64,000 nucleotides of DNA from Octopus vulgaris (Eukaryota). Numbering within the stretch: the first letter of the stretch is position 1; every line of letters starts with the position of its first letter. The notes under the pieces are model-generated. The model was not told the DNA's origin, did not search any database, and was given only the letters and a program-made list of their open reading frames with translations. The position numbers were made by a program, and so were the translations under genes. The stretch covers positions 86,614,001-86,678,000 of the forward strand of contig OX597822.1 of the NCBI GenBank assembly GCA_951406725.2, written 5' to 3'. Positions 26,701 to 38,700 of this stretch are shown here, one piece after another.

Positions 26701-29700
26701 ATCAAGCAAAACAGAAAAAACACAAGAAAAATTAGAAATAATCAAACATGTAAGCTAAATGTGCAAGCAGTTGTTAGAATCTCTAAAATAATTTTGTATA
26801 ATAATGAAAAATGGGGAAATGCATGTTGCTTGAGATTTCTATTAGTCTAGAAGTGCCATTGGAAAGTATAATTAAAGTTCTTAAGCTGAATGCCGAACTG
26901 GATTCTGATTCCCAGTGGCAACTTCCATTTACTTTGCTGGGAAATATAGGAATGGTATAATCTCTATTTCTTCCTCTTCTGAAGTCAATAACACCCACAT
27001 TGATTAACAAATATCTATGTATTGCTAAGTTACAGACCCATCTTTTCTCAAAAGATGTTAATGCAAAGACACACAATAGGCTTCAACACAGTTTCCATCC
27101 ACCAATTTCATTCACAAACCATTGGTCAATTAATGGCTATAGTAGAAGAATGTCAAGATGCTGTGTAGCAGGATTGAACTGAAGGCCTCTTGGTTGGGAA
27201 ACCAAGTTCTTAACCACACCCAGGCAATAACAAAAACTTAATTTCTTGCTAAATACAAAGTAAAGGTTTGTGTGAAAGGTATTTATAATCAACCCATAAG
27301 AATTTACATTCAAAATCAAGTGGAATTAAAATTAATTCTATAATTTAGCCAGCAAGTTAATTTCCTTGACTGTCTCCCTCCACCCTTAGTGGGGAAAATA
27401 AAATAATTGATTTCTTTAATTTTAAGTTTTCTATTCTCTTGCTCCAAAGAAAATAATAAGGGAATGAAGGAATAAAACGGTTAATATCAATCTTCAGTTC
27501 ATTCAGGTTACACATGCATCATGATGCTGGTAAAACAAAGCATTAAAAGGTTGGTGGAATAAAAGAGAACCAAGCCCCAAATCTAGTCAAAGATTATTAG
27601 CTACAAAAAAAAATGCTAACTGAAGATTAATTCATACTATAATCTTAGCACAATTATAAAACTCATGAATACACAAATCTTAATAATAATCAACATCCTA
27701 GTTTATTACCTGCTATTACTGAGAGAGATTATACTAATCTTTGCAATTGAACAGATAAGTCATATCCTCCTGGATAGTACACCAGTTTGTTGGAGTTTGA
27801 GCTCACAGTACAAAATAATGCAACATTCCTCAACTATCGTGTTCCTCCTGCTCTTTGATTTCAACAGGGAATTGTATCATCTTTATATTTAGTTAGATGA
27901 ACCAGATTTGTTTTGAACCGTGAATGTAGCACAAAGCTGGTTACAAGATACAAAGTGTAGATCCTTCATTTCATAGGCTGTAATTACTTCATTATGTGAC
28001 TAGTTGTAACTCTTTTGTAAAATTCATTCATTAAAAAATATAAGGAATTACAATAAAAACAATTACATATTATTCCTTGATCCTCAGCTGTTAGGTATTC
28101 AATGGCAGGTAAATTCAAAGTAACAAATAATTTACATTAAATGTCAGAGAAATCATTTATTACTGTAACTTCAAATGACATACCTAGATTACTGGAGAGC
28201 CATAACTTATCACTAGCAACTACACTACATTGTTTGCTGAAAGACCTTTAGCCAGTCATATGTTGAGACATCTATTGTTGAAGACTTTGGTGCCATCGGG
28301 CACTAAAATATGAAGCATTTAACCAATTGTAAAATGCTTTAATAGCGTTCCACCAGTTCTTGTTAACAGATTTCATAATGAATTAGTATCAACATTTTAA
28401 GGAAAAGATGGTCAAAACATATTGAAAATACAAACACACTTTTTTTTCCTCTATGTGATCAGTCAAGCTGCTAGAAAGAGTAGCCATACCTACATAAAAT
28501 TACACTATTATCTATGTCACACTGGCTAATGTGGTCTTGGGTTCCAGGCAGATAAGACAAAGATGGAATAGTCATCATCAGAATGCTTTTGATCATAGGT
28601 TGGTTCAATCAGAGCTGACTTGGGGTTAGACAACTTGTGAGGAGGTTAAGCAATTCATTTTGCTACCACTAACAGTTTCAGATTCAGGAATGGTCAAACC
28701 TCACACTTCAGCAAGTTTCTTCTCTCATACACTTGGCTTGGTTAATGCCTCATGTAGCCATAGAATTTTGTACAGAGAAACAGTGTAGAAGTCTTGCATA
28801 AGTTTTTTGCTAATACATGTCAGTTAACATAAGCTAAAAATTGGTTGCCTCTTAAAGGATCTTTGTCTGTCAAGTTACTTGGTGACCTTCCCAGTGCTGG
28901 TGACATGTAAAAAGCACACAGTCCACTCTGTAAAGTAGTTGGCATTAGGAAGGGCATTCCAGCTGTAAAAACTATGCCAAAACAAACAGCAGTGTTTGGC
29001 GCAGTCCTCAGGCTTGCCAGCTCCTGTTAAACCATCCAACCCATACCAGCATGGAAGACATGTTGAATGATGATGATGAGACACCCAGGTACTACAAAAG
29101 CTCCATTTAAAATGGTAATCAGAGGTAGAGAACAAAAATAGGCATCTGGCTAGCCAGGTCTACTAACTAACTTCCATTCCACTTTGAAGCAGTTTTATTT
29201 AATATTCAAAGCTAATATGTTTAGAATAGTCAGAACATTTACCAATTCACACACGCGTGCGCACGTGTGTGCACACAATACTTCAGCTCAAGTGTCTCTG
29301 TATAATCAATATTCCATGGAGAAGAGAAACCAGGAATACTTATCACAATAACATCAATACAACTAACACAATCATGAATATAGAAGTGCAGAGTAGCATA
29401 AACATAGGAGAGACAGAAGCTAATAGAAACAAAGAGAATTGCAATGAAATCATGCTCGCTACTGTGTCCAATAGAGAAAGAAAGGGGAGGGGGAGAAGGC
29501 AGAGTTGCAAGGATTACCTGCATATTCTGAAAGGAAAAACAAAAATACAATTAATTGAAAAATGAAAACAAACAGAAAATACAAAAATAGAAGAGAAATA
29601 TAGAATAATTTTGGACTTTGTATTTGTTTGATGTGGGGTTGTATAATGGAAGTGAAATATTACAGGCTGGAATAAAACCTTTTAAAACAAATTTGAAAGT

Positions 29701-32700
29701 TAATAGGTGGAACTGGTTCAGAAAGCAATTTGTGAACATACATTAGTCTATAACAATACTTACAAACATAAAAAAATGTATATTAAAAGTATACACGGCT
29801 TATATAGCTGTTCTCAATCACCCACAATCTAATTGCAGTAGCAGTTTGTTTGTTTAATAAGTCTAAAATGTTTTGGAGCTGTGTTGTTTTAAAAATGAAA
29901 TAATTTACCACAGTTATGGAGGAGTTATCAGTGCATGTAAAATGGTTTTTGGGTATCATTAAACAAGTTAATTTAAAATTCCAGTATTTTGACTTTATAA
30001 TTAATGTCACAAATGAAGAACAATGTTACAAAGTTAATTTTGATTGTCTGACAATAATCCATTTCAGTTTATTACATGATTTATAAGAAAAGAACAGTCA
30101 TCTTTCTTGTAACAATGAAAAACAACTTTGGGTGAATGGATTTTGTTCATTCAAGATAGATGCCAAATACAGTCCAGTTAACAATAAAGACAATTACACA
30201 CACACACAGGGCCAGAGAAAGATCAAAGGCAGACAGAAAGTCAGAGAGGTATGGAGACAGACAAGCAGACAGTAAAGGAAGTAGGTAAGTAAACAGAGAG
30301 GTAACTAAACAAACAGCAAGAAAGGAGACCTTTCCTATGATGGTAATGTGTGCTTTTGAAGGATTTTTGTTTGTTATTTCTAGTCCATCGCTCAACCATA
30401 TACAGGAAATAAATGTCTGTATTTTCAATAACAGACAGTCATAAAGGAGGGTAGACAAGGAGACAGGCGTGAGATAGACAGATTAAGTAGGTAGGAAGGC
30501 AGACAAACAGGTAGAGAGGTTTGTAGACAAATAGATAGAGAGGTTTATAGACAGAGAGAAGGTACAGAAGCAGACAGTGAGGTACATACATAGACAAAGA
30601 GAAGACAGAGCTATAGATAGAGACAGGTGGTATATACTATGAACAGCTTCAAATTGGCTGAACTTAAAAAATAACAGGCTCCTGTATTTTATATCTATTT
30701 CTTTACTACCCACAAAGGGCTAAACACAGAAGGGACAAACAAGGACAGACAAAGGAATTAAGTCAATTACATCAACCCCAGTGCGTAACTGGTACTTAAT
30801 TTATTAACCCCGAAAGGATGAAAGACAAAGTCGACCTCGGCGGAATTTGAACTCAGAACGTAATGGCAGACGAAATACGACTACGCATTTCGCCCAGCGT
30901 GCTAACGTTTCTGCCAGCTCGTCCAACCCATGCCTGTATTTTATATCAATAATTAAAAAGACATCATCTGTTTGGTTTGACAGTGATAAAAAAAAAACAT
31001 TTAAAGCTGATAAGGAGAAAGACACAAGACAGAAATAGGAGCTATGTCTTAAATTGCAGTTTGTTCTATTATAATAAACACAACATAAAAACATTGTGAT
31101 ATTTAAATCTTCAATACATTACTCCCAGTACATTACTAAATTTAACAGATGAAGCCATTTTTCCATGGAAGGTTTTAACTCATCATTGTAAGTTACATAC
31201 TTCTTCAGCTGAGTGATCCTAATCTTGCAGGCTCATGGGTGCTGGTGCCATGTAAAAGTGCCCATACCAGTGTCACATAAAAAAACACCCAGTCCACTCT
31301 GTAATGTGGTTGGCATTAGGAAGGACATCTAGCCATAGAAACCATGCCAAGGCAAACATGCAGCCAGGCCAGATCCTGTCAAACCGTCCAACCCATGCCA
31401 GCATGAAAAACGGACATATAATGATGATACACTGCACATCTATTAAGTAATGGCTATGCAGAATCAATTCTAATTCTCCATACAGTTCTTTCTTACAATT
31501 CTAGATGGGCATATTTTAAATTACTTATAACAAAATTTTTCTTAACTGGGACTCGCATTGGTGCAAGTAACATATATAAAGAACCCAGTACAATCTGTTC
31601 TAGCATCGTTTCTACATCTTGATGCCCTTCCAACTACTTCACAGACAATGGTGCCTGGTATGGCTTCTGGGCTTAGCAGCTCCTGTCAAACCATTCAATC
31701 TATGCCAACATGGAAAGCAGATATTAGATGATGATGAGGAGGATTTCAGTACTGATTTCCCCCATAAATGAATGTTCTGTTGTTATTCTTGAAGTTGCTT
31801 TTATAACATTTTTATTTTACAATTTTTTATAAGCTTGCTATGCTTGAGAAAACACATCAAGCTAAGTGAAATTGTCATTGTCCTTGCAAACAGGTGTGTC
31901 CCCTGCATCCCTCTTCAGCTGAGTGATCCTATCTTGTGGGTATTGGTGCCACATAAAATTCACCTGTATGTGCTGCATAAAAGCACCCAGGCAGCTCCTG
32001 TCAGATTCTCCAACCCATGTCAGCATGGAAAACTGACATTAAATGATGATATTTCACAGATCTCTATTACACATAATCTATTTACAGTCCTCTATCACAT
32101 GGCATGCATTTTACCATTCTGTATAATATAGTACCTATTTTACACTTGTCTAGTATATGGTACCCTTTTGACAGTTCTTAATCACGTGGTACCTTTTTTT
32201 ATAGGCACCTCAGAAAAGAATCCATAATAATCTACTAGCGCAGTTCAGGTCTCTGACATGGGCTCATGGATGCTGTCCGTCCTCCTCTGATGAAACTATA
32301 CAGAAAGAGAAATAAAATAGTTAGTAACCATTAAAAACAAAGATAAACTCACTGTCCCTCCCGGAAGTAAAAAGTTAGCAGTAGTTTGCACAGGTTGAGG
32401 AGTGGTTGGAATGTCTTTCTTGCCCAGTGCCATGCTAACAATGGCAGTCATATGAGTTTCAGGACCATAAACATGGATCGGAACCCCAAGTGTGGAACCT
32501 TGAAAAAAAATTGAAAACAAAAGAATTGTAAGAGAAATAATACAAATTTGAAGAAATAAGTCAATTTTGTTTTTGTACTTTTTACAAATACAAGAATAAA
32601 ATGAAAAGATAAAAGAATTTACAAAATGTATTTATGTATACAATGGTAGATTTAGTGAAGTTATTGACTCATGAATATAAACCATTGGTGAAAGTGGAGG

Positions 32701-35700
32701 AGCCAGTGTTGAGTACACATGATACGGTACAACTGTTGTAAATAAGCATCTCATACAAGCAAACATCCCTCGTTTCCAATCTTCCTTGAAATGATTATGA
32801 CAATGATACTACACATGACGGGCTTCTTTCAGTTTCCCCTCACAAGGCATTGGTAGGCTTAGGCTATCATAGAAGTCACTTGCCCAAGGTGCCATTCAGT
32901 AGGACTGAACTTGAAGCTACGTGGTTGATGGAGAACGGAACCTCAATCATACAGCCATAAACACATATCAAACATAAAGCTAGTACAGAGTTATAACTTA
33001 CCAAGTTCTTTCATTATACGTAACCCTTCCTGGTAGTTAGGTCCACCACGTCGAACATAGATGGAGACATTGTGTTCTATCAATCTCTGCTGATATTCTC
33101 TTAGAGCTCGTACAATTCCCTACAAAGTCAAGACAATAAAGTTCAGTTTAATATGTTGTTAAAATGGAGAAAGTTAGTCACATGAGGTGCGAAAGTTGGT
33201 TGCAAAATTAATACATTATAAGTAGCATTCAAGATTAAGAAATGGAATTTAGACTAAAAATATCATAAGTGAACAAATTAACGATTATACTAAATCACTG
33301 ATTTGGTGGAATTTAAGGATTAAATGAACCATTTCTTGGTCATTTTACCCCATTTTTAATGCAAATTCTTTCCAGAATCACAAGAATTTTCAAAGCTGAT
33401 GCTTATCTTTACAGCATTAAGAAAGAGAAATCTTAGTTTGGCTTCAATAGAAATCTATTACAGAGAGAAAGAATTTAACTTTGCTCTACAAATAATGAAT
33501 CAGTTTCACAACAGCAATGAACCAATCTGTTTCACTGCACCTATTTAGAGAGACATGGATTTGGCTGCTTAGAGCCAAGTGCCTTGGCCACAAATAACAT
33601 TGGTGTTAAGATATAAACTTCCATTGAAATACAGATAAAACATCTTACAAAATATTTCTGCTACTCACATCAAAAGGTTGGTTATTGCTTATGACAAAAT
33701 GAAAAAAATAGATTGAACAACTGAGGGTCATCAGGATTGTTTTTATTACGTATAATCTCTCCCATTCTCTCACCTCTTCACTCACACAAAATCATGTTGA
33801 AACCATCACTGAAAATCAACTGAAGATTAGAAAATGTTCAGTCTTTAATAGCTTTTACCCAAATACGGCCTGGATTCAAATCCCAACAGGGAAACATTTT
33901 TTGATTTGCACATCTCAATTTTATGCATAGGAAAAAATGAATAGCAGCAGTACAACTACAGCAAAGTAATTTTAAATTTTATACTACATTGCTGAAGAAT
34001 TGACTTTTGAAACTTTAATTTTGAATCAATAAATTATATTTTATACAATTATCAAATGAAATTAGAAATGTTGAGATACAAACCTTGAATGTTGTTGCAA
34101 CATTAGTGAAATTAGCAATACCACCACCAATAATAAGAATTTTGCCTGCAAGAAAATAATTGTAAATAGTAAATAAGGAGAAAATTATGATAAACACAAG
34201 TTTCTATTTGTTGTTCTGTTCATTTCACCATTGTGATAGATTGAAATTTTGCATCGGATGTTCTAACAGCAACTGGTTGCTTAACCACAATGAATGGTTA
34301 GGAAACACTTTATATGTTACAGAGAGGTAGACATATCTACACAGATGTGTCCACCCTACTTGACTGTGTTTTCCAATGACTTTCAGAAAAATAGATACTT
34401 TTAATGAAATTTTCGACAAATATGCTTCACGTAGTGTAGATTCTGATAAATATCGGAATTTGTTGGGAAAACTTTTTCCCAAGGGGTGAGGGGAGGAGTT
34501 TCAGAAAATTCACACAACCCGGCTGTTAGTACTTTTTTGTCCTCCTGCACTGATACAGACTAAATAGACGTAACTATTTAAATATTCAAAAATATGTGCT
34601 ACTTGCTAAATAAATCTTAAATGCTGGTGTCAAGAGTAGAATTACATTCTGATACAATATAAGCTTATGACATTTCCTTTAACTAGTACTGATTTTATTT
34701 ATTAAGAACTAATAAATATCAATTGATCAAGAAAAATTAATTAACCATTAAACCTGGAATTCTTCTGTAAAGTTTATGGTATTCCTTAAAGTAGAAACAG
34801 TTTTGGTTCTAAAAACTCAGATTTAACTAGAAGGAGGCTGTGTTCACAGTTTACCAGAAACTTTAGAGTTGGCACTTAACCGATTTCCCAATATAGCGAT
34901 AATTGGCAAACTCCACATTAAAATCCAGTTTTTTGGGCGTTGTGTCAAGTATTTCCAATTGTTTCAGCAATGATCTCCACCACAGCTTATTTGCAACACA
35001 GGCATGGATTACTTACAATTGATGGAATGTTGAAAAGTTTAAAAGATTCTGATGCAGCTCAAAAGGAATTCGATCAAACACATTCAGTGGTTGACAGAAG
35101 TGCTGGTAAGGTATTAGATCAGTGCTTTTCAACCTTTTTGCTGGAGCGAAACCCCAAGGAAACATTCCACTGGCTCGGGGAACCCCTGTGCAATAATTTA
35201 ATAATATTATGCACACATATCTGCACAGGGGAATTAAAAATTACTGCCGATTTTAGCAGTTTTGTAACTTCTTGCGGAACCCCTGGACTGTACTGGCGGA
35301 ACCCTGGTTGAAAACCACTGTATTAGATTACCAATTCCATGTTCAGGTACCAGTTATCTTCCCCTCGTTCAGGGCTAATATGTAGTTTAACAAGCTTCTC
35401 AATTGCTGAGCTGAGCTGTTATTACTACTGTACAACATTTGACATTATTATGGTTTAATTTCCAAAATTATTCAAGCATGAAGGAACTGAAGAAACAAAT
35501 TATATCCTGACACTGCGCCTGACTTTTCATTTATAAAATTATTGAAATTTATTAACTTTGAAATTTTCTTTGAATACATGCGATTACAAGGAAATTATCA
35601 TTTGAACTTACCCTCTTTATGCTTGGTCTCTGTCATGAGACTAAGAATAGTTTTGGCATATTCATAGGTCTGCATTTCACTGGGGGCTCCTGAATATTCT

Positions 35701-38700
35701 CCATAGTTAGCCAGCTCTGATGCCCCTCCCAGATCACAAATAGTATCTCTGAAAGAAGGGAAGCATCAAGAAAATATTTAAAAGCTGTGTAGCATAAATA
35801 TGTCCAACATAGAATTGGAATTCAGAAGGAGTTCAACAATTCTTGGTTGTAGCAAATACCACATTTCTTACCAAACTAGTGTAATATTTTATAAAAATAT
35901 CAGAGTCACAATATATTTCATCACAATTAATTTTTAATAATTGATTATCAGCATTTTTTAATAAGGGATCAAACCATAACTTTTATTGATGAAACTATTT
36001 CTGTTATTTCTAATCTGCATTTTTTACTATTGCTTCAAGAGGCATTCAGTATTTCATTCTAATGGAAAATTACAACTCCTGACTCAAGATTGCAGTTTAT
36101 TTTTAAATAAATCTCTATAAAATGATAAATATAAGACTATAACAATAATAAAACTCCCTTAAAAAGGTGCTAATGTCTCTTTTCAGACTAAGCTAAGGAT
36201 TTCTGATAAAAAAGTAAAAAGTTCAAATTTTGACAAATTGACTTAGCAAGCAAGAACAATTTTGTTTGAAAATATTAAACTGTATCACATAAAACAACAA
36301 ATAACTTGAAATATTTTTATTTGAGCCAAATTAGTTAAAGAATCAGTTTGGAGTGAAACCAAATATCATAAAATAAGAAGTTCCTGTATGAGACTTTTCG
36401 ATATTATCTTCCATTATTCCAAATAATTAATGTAAGGTATTGGTGGAACAACATAAGAGAAACAGCAACAACTGGCATTAAGAAATGACAAAAAATCTGG
36501 CTCACAGGATGCTTATCTCATAATATTAAGTTATCTAATAGAAATCTCTGAACTTTGAATGTCCTCAAAATTGTCTCCCACATTTAACACAACTATATCA
36601 CTTCAAATTGTAACAATTGGACAAACTGGAATTAAAACCAAAAATAAATAAAAACAATTAGTTAGGGTAAATTAGTTAGGGGAAACTCTGTTAGGGTAAA
36701 GTAGAGTTGATGAGTTGAAACCAAGCTAGAGACTAATATATGTTCAACAATATTTCTTTGGAGAAATACATTGAAATTATATTTTAACAAAAGGAAAATG
36801 AAAATCTGTTTGAGAACATAAAACGGCTTACGCATAGATAACAGAAGCACCTCCTCCTGCAACCATTGTCCAAATTCGCCCTACTTTATTGAGTATTGTT
36901 AGTTTAAGAGATGCTCCACTCTTGGCATCAAGATCAGCAATGTAAGCTTCCTAAAGAGAAGAAATAAGAAAATATCAGACTAAATTTTAAATGGAGGATG
37001 GCAGTGTAAAAACAGTAAATATTTGCAAGATAATGTCATGAAATGGGAGGTTTTCGTATTAGGAGTTGAAGAGGAGTTAATGACAATAAGTTAATACTAC
37101 ATAATCACAAAATTTTATTTTAAAGATAGGGTTAGAAATTTTAAAAAGCTGGTTTAATAATTTTAAAATTCAGATTTATTGTATGAAAAATAGGAGTCAT
37201 AAAATTTAATTTAATGAGAATAGCCTTATTACATTAACTGAACATTAAACAGTAGAAAATGACAAAGTGCATGAGGTACATTACTCCTTGATTATGAATC
37301 GTGATAACTACAACAAATAGTTTGCTGGGCCATTGAGCTAAACCCTATCCAACATACCACAATTCACTTAGTTGTGCACAATAGGTACAACAACATAAAC
37401 CTGTTCACAAAAGTAAATACTTGCTCCTGACATTTACACAAAGTTTCAGGGGGATTTGGGGAATAAGAGAAATCAGGTTGTCTTCTAATTTTGCTTTCCT
37501 CAAATTTAGCAATGGTTCTGTGGTTAATAAGTTGACCTCACAACTATATAATTCTACATTTGGTTCCATTCAGCAGAAACTTGAGTTAATATCTTCTACT
37601 TTAGTTTTGGTTTGAAAGGAGCCTTGTGGCTGAAACTTTATTGATGGAAACTGTGCAAAAGCCTGTCCTGTGTAAACGCATGCATTTGTGCTTTTGAGTG
37701 AATTAGTGTAAATTCCTTGTGATTTTACTCTCTCGGGAAATAGTCATCAGATAAAATGAGTACCAGACTAAAAACTGGGGTCAATATAGTTGAATAAAAC
37801 CAGTGAAATAAAAGAATTGAAATAGAAAAAAAAATATGGAAATTGAAACTGGGCACCATGTAGAGCTCCCTAGGAACTTCAGAGTTTTCCAAACTTAAAA
37901 AACTTACCTCTGGCAAAGCATCCCGGCCAAAAGGTGGTGGAAATTCCATTACATCACCCCACTTTGCTTTACACAAAAATTCTGCACACTGATCAATCTT
38001 GGCAGCTAAGTCAAGGATGAAAACTTTGCCATTGGTCACAACTAAACAAAATATAAAAAAATTTATTTGATGAAGACATTTTCAGAATATGAACCATTTG
38101 TATTTCTTATGGTGAGTGTTATACTATAAATTTCTTTAATCTATACTAATATTAACGTAACTTTAACACAAGGCAAGATATTGGTCTAGCTGATGAAATC
38201 TGTTGTACAATATTCCAAGAAAAGAGTTTGGCAAAGGTGCTTTGTGTTACCTGTCTGCTTTAACCCCTAAACTGAAGAGGTGATGTCAAAACCTGAGGGG
38301 AATTCTGTTGCATCAGCATCCAGATAACCTTTGGTACGCTGATGATATTATGTTGCAGAGACTGATTGACAAAATTAATCAAATCTCCAGTGAGTCTCAG
38401 AGATCAGCACCAAAAACTGTAATATTTTGACCACATTATCAGGGCTTAGAACATTTGTGTTCACATCCCCAAGGGTTGAGTAGACAGGGAACAAATTCAT
38501 GGGTAACAAAGATAAAGAGGAAATGATGACATCAAAGAGTTAAACAGAAGGTCCCTGGAGGAAAATACAGTTGCAGCACAAGACTGTATGGTTAAGAGTG
38601 ATGACAGTGTCTGAGCGCCACCAATTCTCAGCTATCAATAGTATTTATTTTAATGAACCACCAGAAAAATGAAGAGCAAAATCAGAGACTTTGTATTTGA

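Noticed and set aside
29239-29517. Extension of the NMQ microexon into an open frame with a hydrophobic stretch ([20 protein letters not shown]) as a membrane anchor
   Set aside because: T-rich intron DNA gives hydrophobic codons by default, and a strong donor lies right after NMQ.
30830-30921. tRNA gene
   Set aside because: A/B boxes belong to a multicopy SINE head; no cloverleaf evident.
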